DNA from: Octopus sinensis
Taxonomy: Eukaryota
Assembly (NCBI RefSeq): GCF_006345805.1
Contig: NC_043005.1
Span: 98,766,001 to 98,830,000, forward strand
Direction of reading: 5' to 3'
DNA length: 64,000 bases
Positions 52,626-64,000 of this stretch are shown piece after piece (positions within the stretch are counted from its first letter, which is position 1; the number at the start of each line of letters is the position of its first letter). The notes beneath the pieces are model-generated. The model saw only the letters and a program-made list of their open reading frames with translations, was not told where the DNA came from and searched no databases. Made by a program: the position numbers and the translations under genes.

Positions 52626-55600
52626 TTTTTACTACACTGTTTTAAAAAATATTTTGTAATTTTGTGCCATGTGCATGGATACCAGTAAGGGAAATAACTT
52701 CAAGATTTTTCTAGTGGTAGCTTATTGTGAAAGTAGTGTTGAAGTTTGTTGAAGAGAGAATTAAAGTAGGAAGGGTACCAGTTTGAAATCAAAGTACTTG
52801 GCAATATTAAATAAAACGAACAAGAAATATGATCTTTATGTATTGTAGAGAATGCTTTGATACTGCAATCTACAAATGGTTTTAACATCTGCCTGAACAC
52901 TTACAAGAATGAATCAAACCTGACATTTCCCCAAAATATTGTTTAAATTCTGGCATTCAAGTAACCTTCCTAATTACTTATCCTGTACCTTCCTTCCCAG
53001 AACTCTGTATCCAACCTACTACGAGATCATCTTTATTTTATAATTTTGTTTTACTTTTTCTCATATATATATATAATAACAAAGGTAGCTATACACAATG
53101 TAAGGCCGAAAAGGAAAAATTCCCTTGTCACTGATTGTAATTGATGGTGCAGAGTAGCAGCTACATTGCTCGAAATATGACTTAGAATCTCTTAGAGCTG
53201 CAAAGAAGCACATGTTTAGGCACTGTGAAGGGAGATAACTGTTCCTCAGCAAGCAAGATTACAATACTAGTCTAGATTTGCTTAAGATTAAAACTCATCA
53301 GTTGTGACTACTCCATTGCTGAATGGTTTGGCTAAAACCTAACTGTCAGTATATAGTATTTACCTTATAAATCAGTGGCTGATTCATATATATACATATA
53401 TACATATATATAGTTCAAATGTGCAGTAAACAAAAGGCAGGGACAGGTGAGGGAACAACAAGCAGGTGTATTAGTTTGATGCTTGGGTAAAATAGAAGAG
53501 TCTTTGAAGTTTCGAGCCTACTCTGATGGAAAGGGATGAGAGGAAGAAAAATAGAGTGAAAAAACAAATTGGTATTAATGATTCCACATGTTGAAATGAC
53601 TGGCATATCTTTGCAACTGGAAAGTTTCCAACAGAACAGTGTGTCTGGTGTATGGTTTGCTCACTTGTCCCAGTACCTGGTCTCAGGAAGCTTAGCGCCA
53701 TTACAGTTAAGTGTTTTGGCCTTGGGTATAGTAGTGCGACACTATTGACCCTTTCTACAGATAGCCAATAGTCCATTAATCTCAGCCATCTGTGACATCT
53801 TACACATAATCCATACATGTTTCACATTCATATATATGCTCTCATATTTTCTGTTCAAGCTTAAATCATTTATACACACACACACACACATATTCTTCTA
53901 CACTGACACATGCTTTCATATAATAATGCAACTGTAAAGTGATTTATGGGCTATTCAGGAGAACAAAACAAATGTAGTATTCATCATGTTTTAAAAAATT
54001 GTACCCACTAGATGACAACGATGGAAGAAAATTTATTATATATTTATAGCTTCCTTTGCACCATTGCTGTCCCCACCACCACCACCACCACTGCACTACC
54101 ACCTAGCACACTTCTCCATCGCCACCACCACCACCACCGTCATCATCAGCCAGTGCTGCTCTCATTAAACTAGAGAAATAAAAACATCAGAAAAATTTTC
54201 TAAAATATGATGGAACTTCATTAATTCTTAATTTTTTTCTAATTTCCATAATTTGTATTTCAGTGAAATTAGACAATATCTTGCAGGTATTTTATGCGTT
54301 TCTTGAGCTGTTGTCACAATTAATTCTTCCTTGTAGTTTATGTCATTTTACTGTATTTTATCATCTTCTTCGTTCCTGTATGTATTTCATCTTTCTTCTC
54401 CAACACTTGTTCATCTTCTCTGCAAAGAAGAAGAAGAAGAAGAAGGAAAAAAAAGAAAGAAGATAAATTGGTAATGAATAATTGGGGACTTGTTACTGGT
54501 GGCTGGTTGGTGCATGGAGTGGCTGGCTGGCTGGCAGGCTGGTCGTAGGACAAGCAATTCAGCGAGGGGGAAATATATGAAAACAAAATTTGAATAAATG
54601 AATAAAAGCGTGGAGAGCTTTCAACTGAATGTGGAATAACTTAGCTTTCATTTCTGGTTTAAATTTAGAAGCAAACAACCACAACAACAAATTTCATTTG
54701 GACTGCTATTGTAATTTATGAGTGTATTGTGCAATAAATACATAAAAAAAAGAAAAATAGTGTTTAGATCTTCATTGTGGCATTCTTCTATGTGCGAGTT
54801 GTAGACATATATCTTGTTAGACTCTCACATAGCCAAGGATTATAAAACTCAATTTAATTAAGGGGGGAAAATATTCATGCACGTGTGTACAAAGACACAC
54901 ACACACACACTCACCATACATAAATATAAGTATCTTACATATGTACACACATCGTACTCATGCATACATGTATGTATGCATGTATACACACACACACACA
55001 CATAACATACACACTCTTGCATATATACACCTACTAGATACAACCATGTGTATATGTGAATATATCCAATATTGATTATTTCTTGAAGCTGATTGTGACA
55101 TAAATATTCAGAGGTTTTGGTGTTAGTTTGAATATAAAAATGATTTAAAAAAAGATTTCCCATTCCTTTTTTATTTTCTATTTTACAATTATCTAAATTA
55201 CCATTATCTGTATTACCATTATCTCACTATACATTATTGCAGTTATCATTGTTTTTATATATTTATTTATAATTAAAACTCTATTAATCTCTGCTCCTGA
55301 ATCATGGAGTAGAGGCCATGATGTACCATGTATTCCCTCTTTCTTTTGTAATCTATTTTCCCATGCTTTTATTATATTGTGCCTCTGGAGAAAGTATGCA
55401 TGTGTGTGCCTCAGTTTATCTGAATGTCAGTGGATTTCACTTATGCTTCATGTTTGTGGGCCTGTCTGGAAAACAGTTGCTCCACCTCAAAGTTATCTCT
55501 GTTTTGTAGCATGAAGAAATAATTGTCACTTAGGAGCAGTAGTAAATCGTGATTATGATGTGAAAGATGAAGTTTTGTTTGTGAATGAAACCTTTGTGAC

Positions 55601-55734
55601 ATAGTAAAAATGGTTTCAACCAGGAATTAAACTAGCTTCATAAGCCTTACTAAGAGCTTATCACGAAACTATGGTATTTACCATAACTAATATCTATGGC
55701 AACCACAACAACAATAATATTAATAATAATAATA

Positions 55735-56435
55735 ATCCTTTTTACTATAGGCTTGAAATTTGGAGGAGTGAGATAGTAGTGTTTGACAGGTATTTATTCT
55801 AATGACCTTGAAAGGATGAAAGGCAAACTTGACCTTGGTAGAATTTGAACTCAGAACATAGATACAGATGAAATGCCACTTACCTTTTTGTCTTGCAATG
55901 CTAACAAGTCTGCCAGGTAGCCACCTTAATAATAATATAATAATAATCCTTTCTATTATAGTTACAAGGCTTGAGATTTTGTGGGAGGGGACTAACCAGT
56001 CACATTGACCCCAGTATTTCACTGGTACTTAATTTATCGACCCTGAAAGGATGAAAGGCAAAGTCAGCTTTGGCGGGATTCGAACTTAGAACATAGCAGC
56101 AGACGAAATACTGCTAAGCATTTCACACGGTATGCTAACAATTCTGCCAGCTCACTGCCTTAGATAATAATAATGATAATAATAATAATAATGATAATAA
56201 TAATAATAATAATAGTTTCAAATTTTACCACAAGGGCAGCCATTTTGGGGGAGGGAATTAGTCAATTACATCAACCCCCCACCCCAGTGTTTCATTGGTA
56301 CTTAGTTTATCGACCCTGAAAGGATGAAAGGCAAAGTCAACCTTGGTGGCATTTGAACTCAGAATGTAAAAACAGATGAACTACTGCTAAGAATTTCACT
56401 CAGTGTGCTAACAATTCTGCCAGCTTGCCACCTTT
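55735..56435 (-). mobile_element. Three head-to-tail SINE copies (Deu/Nin-like family) joined by (AAT)n
   Basis: Reverse complement of the 28469-28705 family, repeated three times. Confidence 0.8.
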
Positions 56436-57854
56436 TGTAATAATTATTATTATTGCAAATACAACTGTAACACCAATTACAATAAGACTCAAACTTGTCA
56501 TAATAACATATAGAACAATGGTAATAGCAATATCAATAATAGTAAAAATAACTTAAGAGCAGCAGCAGTAGTAGTGGTGATGGTGGTGGTGATAGTAATT
56601 GCACTTGTAATAATAATAATAATAATAATGATGATGATGATGATGATAATAACAACAATATATTGTAAATAAATGTACTTTGTGTCATTTATTTATCTGC
56701 TATAATTCTGTTTCTGCTTCTGTGTAATATTTTATTGGAAATTCTGTAATAAACATTAGTTGTTTCCAATTCTGTATCTTGTAATGGTAATTGCCATATG
56801 TGGAATAAAGAGAATACTGTCTTTGGGAAATAGTGTAATCTTAATTACCATCACTTTACAGATTAAACTACATCTTGCATTAGAAGGAAATGGTTTTTAC
56901 TCTCAACTTTATTGAATATATCATAAAACAAGTGTTAAATCTTTCATTTAACTGCAGAATAGTTTCTTAGCAAAATATATTTTCCAAGACTGAAAAGTAT
57001 ATTCAATTGTATGCTGAAGTGGGTAGTTGATTAGATAAGGTATTGGATTCTGTTTGTTGCGTAGAAATGGATAAAGTTGTAGGTTGTGAGTTCAAATCCA
57101 ATGAAGAAATTACATTAAGCTTAATGGGCAGAGTATCTATTCTACATTAATCGGTTTCTTTTGATGTTCCGGGAAATAGGTATCATATCACTTGGGAAAG
57201 TTATCTGTGCTAGATTTGTCTTACCCAGGAGGAGATATCTCATATGCCATCTATATACTATTAAAAGTGAAGTTCAATCTTGCTTGTTTGCTTGCAATGT
57301 TACACAGCCAAACTGGTCCATAATAGAAAAATACTTTGAAAGAAAATGTGAATACTAATAGAATAAAACAAATTTTGTAGAAATCGGACCAGTAGTTGGG
57401 TTTTGGGTAAAAATACCTAAAATTGTGCATAATGGGAAAATAACTTCACACTGAAAAGAAGAAACTCTAACCTTTCCATTAGACACATTATGGTAGGCAA
57501 AATATTTTTAAGTGAAAATTACTTTAAAAATATGGTAAATATTTCATAAAAGACCTATTCATAACCTCAGTGTGAAATAGTTTTTTTCCATAGGTTTCTT
57601 TCAAGCGCATTCAACGTATCTCACCTCCAAAGATTTGGCTGCTATGTCTATCACGCCCTGCCACCACGGAACAGCTATTTACAATAAAGGCCCCAAAATA
57701 CCTGATATGTTGTAGCAGGGTATGCAAGAAATAGCAGCCAAATCTTTCCTTTTCTGGGGAAAGGAGCCATTTATGTGTGATTTCTATGTCACATTCATTA
57801 AAAGCATGTGGAAGAACATGGAAAAGAAAAAGCACCCCATGAAATAAAACTCCG

Positions 57855-58236
57855 TTGCTGGGGAACTCAGACCTCCCTGGTCTTGTAGATATCTAAAGGG
57901 TAAAGACCCTCTCTGGACATAATTGACCATGAGATTGCACCAAGTGAATTACCCACCAAGGCACAACTCCAGGCAAGGTTGTTTATGGAAGACCAGTAGT
58001 CACCCATGCATACTAGCTTCTCCTCTCTGTGTCACCGATGTTATCCAAGGGAAAGGCAAAGGCTGCTACAGCTTGGCACCAGCGACGTTGCAACTCACCT
58101 CTATAGGTGAGTGAACTGGAGCAACGTGAAATAAAGTGTCTTGCTCAAGAACACAATACACAGCCCAGTCCAGGAACCAGATCACTACCTCATGACTGTG
58201 AGCCTGACACATTAACCACTGACCAATGCACCTTTT
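57855..58236 (-). mobile_element. tRNA-derived CORE-type SINE (same family as 51790-52130)
   Basis: Shared GGTTGTTTATGGAAGACCAG, CCAAGGGAAAGGCAA and GTGAACTGGAGCAA blocks. Confidence 0.8.
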
Positions 58237-59769
58237 CAAAATATATTATTCAGTAAAGCAATATAAAGTAATGTAAATGGCCCAACTCGTAAATTTTTTG
58301 TCAGTTTCTAGAATTTCAACCTTTTGACTGTTTGAGGTTGATTCAGAATATTAGAAATATGGGATCTTTGTGGTTTTCATCAATGTTTACAATTTTGTTC
58401 CAATTGTTTTCAAATTTAGTATATGGATTAAGTTTTGTATACTAATTATGAAAATGAAATTCCTTTCTCCTTTAAATCTATAATTAAAAAGTTATTAGCC
58501 TTTAAAATTTGCAAAATTTGGGTATTTTAGCCAATCAGAAGCGAGTATTTTACACATCACTGTGGCGAAAATCTGTTTCCATAGTAACCAAAGATGCTGT
58601 GCATGTACACAAGGAGGAGAAGGAGATACGAGAAAGATAATCTTATTACTATAATAATACTCTTGTGTTTTTCTCCGTCGCAACATATGAATAAGACAGG
58701 AAGGGGTGATAGATAAATGAGAAAAGAAAGAGGTGATGGATGAACAAGAAAGGAAGGGATGATGCTAAACTGATAGCGGGAGCTTTTCAACTTTGTGTGA
58801 GTATGTGTGTATGTAAAAGGAAGACATGTAAATGTGTGTGTGTGTGTGTGTGCAATGGAAGTGGGATGGTGAACATTCAACACTGGAAAGAAAAATCGTT
58901 TCAACTCTGTGTGAGTATGTGTGTGCAAGTACAAGGGAAATAGCAATGTTTTGACATGCTGCCCCCCCCCGCCATCTGCCCCCCCGCCATCTGCCCCCCC
59001 CGCCATCTGCCCCCGCCATCTGCCCCCCGCCATCTTCCCCCGCCATCCTGATGATGATAAAAGAGACTGCGAACGTGCTGTTTTCTGATTGGCTGAAAAT
59101 TATCAAACGTAGAACATCTGTAACACTTTTGCAAAATTTTTCTGGAATAAATGAATAACAAATTCGGATTCGGTTCGGTGTCACAAATCACATCTACATG
59201 ATATATTAAATTATTTTTTTAAAGATAATTGTAAACAGTGACAAAAACCCACAAAGATCTGAAATATGTTCTGAGAGATTGTAATAATTTGGACTAGTTC
59301 CATTATATATTTTGCATTCGAGTGTTCCCTGTACTTATAATTGAATAGTTTATTCAGCTTGTAAGCTGTGTCCACTGAATCAAATTTAATTTTATTTCAT
59401 CTCAAATCCACTTAGATAGAAATAAGACACCGAGTAGTAAACTTAATGAAACACCAATTTCATTTGATACGTAATTCTGTTCTTCAACAGTGGTTGGTGT
59501 TGATCCATTTTGTGCAAGTTTTTTTCTTACATTTCTCCACTCTGTCTCAAGACAGATTCACTTCCAAGACTGACATCAAAATATAAAAGAAGTTGTGGCA
59601 TGATTCAAACAGTTTGAAAGTAATTATTGATACAGTACAGAGAGTGATTTATAGATGATAATTCACTGTCTTATGGATGAGAAACACTAAAAAAAAAAAC
59701 ATTGTCTTTTTGAGAAATTTTGAACTCAGAATATAAAGTGCCACACGAAATTCCATTCGACATTTTGTC

Positions 59770-60152
59770 CAGCACGGTAATAATTCTTTTAGTTGTTTTA
59801 GTCGTTAGACTGTAGTCATGCTGGAACACCATCTTGAAGAACTTTAGTTGAAGGAATCGACCCTAGCACCTATACTTTTGTAAAGTACTTATATTCAGTC
59901 AGTCTCTTTTGCCAAACTGCTAAGTTACAGGGATTTAAACACACCAACACAGGTTGTCAAGTAGTGGTAGGACGCACACACACACACACACACACACACA
60001 CTGGGCTTCTTTCAGTTCTGTCTGCCAGATCCCCTCACAAGACTGGTTGATTTTAGGCTACACTAGAAAACACTTACCCAAGGTGCCACACAGTGGGACT
60101 GAACCTGGAACCATGAGGTCAGGAAGCAAGCTACTTACCACACAGTCACAAC
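59770..60152 (-). mobile_element. CORE-type SINE (family of 50330-50725), degenerate
   Basis: Reverse complement match: CCCAAGGTGCCACACAGTGGGACTGAACC...ACCACACAG. Confidence 0.75.
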
Positions 60153-60809
60153 TGCATCTAATTTCTGAAAACTTTTTGGTTTTATTTCAGATCATTACAA
60201 AACAGCTTAATTCATTTTATTATTGTAATATGTTTTTAGAGGCTGATACAAGCTGAAAGGACTGAAATATAACATTTGTCCATGTATTGTGGTGCTGCAT
60301 TAATGAACCCATTTCTGACCTAGTTCTCTCCAACTTTTCTTGGTCTAAATTTATCACTTTTTTTTTTATATTTGTAATATTTTATAGTCCTTTCAATGAG
60401 CTGAGATATTTCTGAAAAATCTTGTTGTCCTTTCTGTAATCTAACAGAAACTATCTTTCATGTTAGCCATCAAAACTGGATGTAATTTGTAGTTATAAAG
60501 ATACAATCATTATAACCTGGAAAGCACTGTTGTATGACCAATCGACTGAATAAAGGAATAATCTGTCAAAACTTTGACAGGATCTGTAGACCCGAAATGT
60601 TGCAAATGCAAGGTTTTAGTCTCTGGCTACACATTACAGTTGTGTTTGGTTGAATCAAATACAGCTTTCTGTGAAATAGAAGGCAAACCACAAGGCAACA
60701 AATGAAATACCAAAATAGAATTCTCAGTTTTATCTGCAGTGCCTCTTTATTGTTTTAGGACTTCCAGGAATTGAAGTTCATCTCAACACAGTGAATAGTA
60801 CATTGTTAA

Positions 60810-61512
60810 GGCATAGGAGTGGCTGTGTGGTAAGTAGCTTGCTTACCAACCACATGGTTCTGGGTTCAGTCCCACTGCGTGGCACCTTGGGCAAGTGTCT
60901 TCTACTATAGCCTTGGGCTGACCAAAGCTTTGTGAGTGGATTTGGTAGACTGAAACTGAAAGAAGCCAGTCGTATATATGTATGTATGTATCATCATCAT
61001 TGTTTAACGTCCATTCTCCATGCTAGCATGGGTTGGATGGTTCGACCGGGGATCTGGGAAGCCAGAAGGCTGCACCAGGCTCCGGTCTTATCTAGCAAAG
61101 TTTCTACAGCTGGATGCCCTTCCTAACGCCAACCACTCCGTGCGTGTAGTGGGTGCTTTTTACGTGCCACCTGCACTGGTGCCAGGCGAGGCTGGCATCG
61201 GCCACGGTCAGATTGGTGCATTTTATGTGCCACCTGCACGGAAGCCAGTCGAGGCGGCACTGGCTTCGGCCAAGGCAGCAATATATATGTGTGTGTGTGT
61301 ATACGTTTGTGTGTCTGTGTTTGTTCCCCCAACATCGCTTGACAACTGATGCTGGTGTGTTTACGTCCCTGTAACTTATCGGTTCGGCATAAGAGACCGA
61401 TAGAATAAGTACTAGGCTTACAAAGAATAAGTTCTGGGGTCGCTTTGCTCGACTAAAGGTGGTGCTCCAGCATGGCCACATTCAAATGACTGAACCGAAT
61501 AAAAGAATAAAA
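60810..61512 (+). mobile_element. CORE-type SINE with an antisense RTE 3' fragment (~60990-61278) nested in its internal microsatellite
   Basis: SINE 5' half 60810-60985, RTE tail starting (CAT)n-TGTTTAACGTCC, SINE 3' half resumes at ~61285. Confidence 0.85.
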
Positions 61513-62016
61513 GGTGAGGAGCATATTACACTAGCGTATTGTAGTAAAAGTACTTTGTACCAGCACATGGCAGAGTGCATCGTATTATGCCAAATACATT
61601 GAAGAATATATTATACCAACATGTTAACTCAAAAATTGATCCTAAAAACATCATTCTCCAAATATATTTGGAGAAAGGAAAGAAGACATCAGTTTCATAT
61701 GATCAAATTTATATATAAAAAAAAGAAAAAAAAAAAGACTCGTTTTGATTTACAGATCATTCATAACAACTTATATTATCTTAAACCAATAAAAATGGAA
61801 TTAATAGCAAATGACACAAATATACTTTCACCAGTGGCTATCAAACCCTATGGACATCAAATTTTATATGGCCTACGCTTATTCACTACGTCTACTTCAT
61901 GTTCACTAATGATCATTGATTTTTCACGTGGATATTATCTTCATGAAGTCATAACATAGATTTATTAGTCTATTTGCTACCTGCCTGTCTGTCTGTCTCC
62001 TGTGTGTGTGTGTATA

Positions 62017-62052
<36 letters not shown>

Positions 62053-62057
<5 letters not shown>

Positions 62058-62480
62058 TCATCATCGTTGTTTAACGTTTGCTTTCCATGCTAGCATGGGT
62101 TGGACGATTTTGACTGAGGGCTGGCGAGTCTGATGGCTGCACCAGGCTCCAATCTTGATTTGACAGAGTTTCTACAGCTGGATGCCCTTCCTAACGCCAA
62201 CCACTCCGAGAGTGTAGTGGATGCTTTTTACATGTCACTGACATGGGAGCCAGTCAGGCGGTACTGGCAATAACCTCGCTCGAATCTTTTTACACGTGCC
62301 ATGTCATCATCATCATCATCATCATCATTTAATGCCTGTCTTCTATGCTGGCATGGTTTTCAGTTTGACAGGGTTTGATGAGTTGAGGACCCATGCTCCA
62401 GTTTCTACTTCATGTAGTTTCTATACCTAGATATCCTTCCAAATGCTAACCACTTTACAGTGTGTACTGGGTGCTTTTTT
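62053..62480 (-). mobile_element. Two head-to-tail RTE-type 3' fragments
   Basis: (CAT)n-led termini at ~62053 and ~62303. Confidence 0.75.
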
Positions 62481-62938
62481 TCTTTTTCATGACATCAGCA
62501 CATGTGAGGTTGTCATGTAACTTGCAAGACTGAGATCCTCATTGACTGAGTGTAATTGTATTAGAGAGGGAGGTGGCTTTGTGCTACATGTTTATCGAAA
62601 AGCAGGGGCAAAAACAATACATGACTACTTTGTATTATATAAGGGTAGATGTGAATTGTCAGGGTAGAGCTGGAGAAATAAAAGTGGTGATTACAAGGTG
62701 TTAGGATGAGCCCTCAATGTATAAGATGATGAACAGAAAAGAGATTAGGGACAAGAACAAGAAGATTGAAGGATGATAGGTTTGAAGAGTGTAGGGATAG
62801 AGATGGTTAGAAATGGAGTGGGAGTGAGGGGGAATATAGTGAATGGTGAACAAGAGTGGTGGGATGGTTGAAGAGAATAGGGAACATGGTTGGCAGGAGT
62901 GGAAGGGTGAAGAGCAGCAGAATGTTATTAATTCAGTA

Positions 62939-63745
62939 GGCATAGGAGTGGCTGTGTGGTAAGTAGCTTGCTTACCAACCACATGGTTCCGGGTTCAGTC
63001 CCACTGTGTGGTTCTTTGGCAAGTGTCTTCTACTATAGCCTCGGGCCGACCAAAGCCTTGTGAGTAGATTTGGTAGACAGAAACTGAAAGAATCCTGCCG
63101 TATATATATATATATATGTATATATATATGTATATATGTGTGTGTGTGTGTGTGTGTGGAGGCGCAATGGCCCTGTGGTTAGGGCAGCGGACTTGCAGTC
63201 ATAGGATCGCGGTTTCGATTCCCAGATCGGGCGTTGTGAGTGTTTATTGAGCGAAAACACCTCAAGCTCCACAAAGCTCCGGCAGGGGGTGGTGATCCCT
63301 GCTGTACTCTTTCGCCACAACTTGCTCTCACTCTTTCTTCTGTTGGCCTGCTCGCTTAGCCAGTGGGGTGGCGTCATTTGAAGACTAAAACAATGTGAAG
63401 CGCATTCTGACCAGCAATGTGTAGCAACGTCTGATCGCCTGGTCAGTCACAGTGATATATATATATATATATCATCATCATCATCATCAAAGCGGACGTT
63501 AAATGATGATGATGATGATATATATATATATATGTGTGTGTTTGTGTATCTGTTTTTGTCCCCCCAACATCGCTTGACAACCAATGCTAGTGTGTTTACG
63601 TCCCCGTAACTTAGCAGTTCAGCAAAATGAGACTGATAGAATAAGTACTAGGCTTAGAAAGAATAAGTCCTGGGGTCGATTTGCTCGACTAAAGGCGGTG
63701 CACCAGCATGGCCGCAGTCAAATGACTGAAACAAGTAAAAGAGAG
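62939..63745 (+). mobile_element. CORE-type SINE with a second tRNA-derived SINE (63158-63456) nested in its internal microsatellite
   Basis: The outer SINE matches 50330-50725. The inner element starts GGAGGCGCAATGGCCCTGTGGTTAGG (A box) and has GGTTTCGATTCCC (B box). Confidence 0.85.
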
Positions 63746-64000
63746 AGAGTAAGGGAAGGATGAAAGAAAGGGAGATGACTTGTGAATGGTGAGTTGTGAG
63801 AGTGTGAGGAGAGCAAGAGTTGTTTGGTGATAGAGGGTGAGGAACCATGGAAAGTGTGTGTCAGTGATGTCATTATTGCCTGGTTTGAAATTATCAACAA
63901 ATGTTATTCTATCAAGTATTGCATTGGTTGATGGGTGTTGTAATGACCCCTTGTTGTAGATGCATAATCAACTTATGACAAAGTGATACAGGTTTGTCAC

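Noticed and set aside
53130-53200. AATLLEI as RIC1 HATLL exon
   Set aside because: Immediate stop codon and no downstream similarity.
54260-54430. Minus-strand exon candidate (EDEQVLEKKDEIH...)
   Set aside because: An acceptor-like site is present but the frame stops, there is no clear donor, and no other exons of a minus-strand gene were found.
63158-63230. tRNA gene
   Set aside because: The A and B boxes belong to a SINE head; no complete cloverleaf, and the sequence continues into SINE body. The same applies to the other SINE heads.

Overview
AT-rich eukaryotic genomic DNA, most likely an octopus or other coleoid cephalopod. That assignment is inferred from the SINE families, the (GAT)n-tailed RTE 3' ends and the very long TA microsatellites. 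The host gene is RIC1 (Rab6 GEF subunit) on the + strand: two coding exons are recognisable (5685-5809 and 38632-38774), separated by a ~32.8 kb intron. No further RIC1 exon was found in the window. The rest is mobile DNA and repeats. The main element is a near full-length antisense RTE LINE (6500-13797) whose 5' region carries ~48 copies of a 74-bp monomer containing ETS-like and GC-box-like motifs. Also present: a concatemer of RTE 3'UTR segments, a ~35-copy 66-bp minisatellite grown from another RTE 3'UTR, a duplicated Penelope-like fragment with an intact minimal hammerhead ribozyme fold, several foldback elements, a Helitron, mariner remnants, hAT- and piggyBac-like MITEs, a CR1-like LINE 3' end and many tRNA-derived SINEs. 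Most ORFs in the supplied track are artefacts of simple or tandem repeats. Family names and copy counts are by eye and from coordinates; no searches were run.
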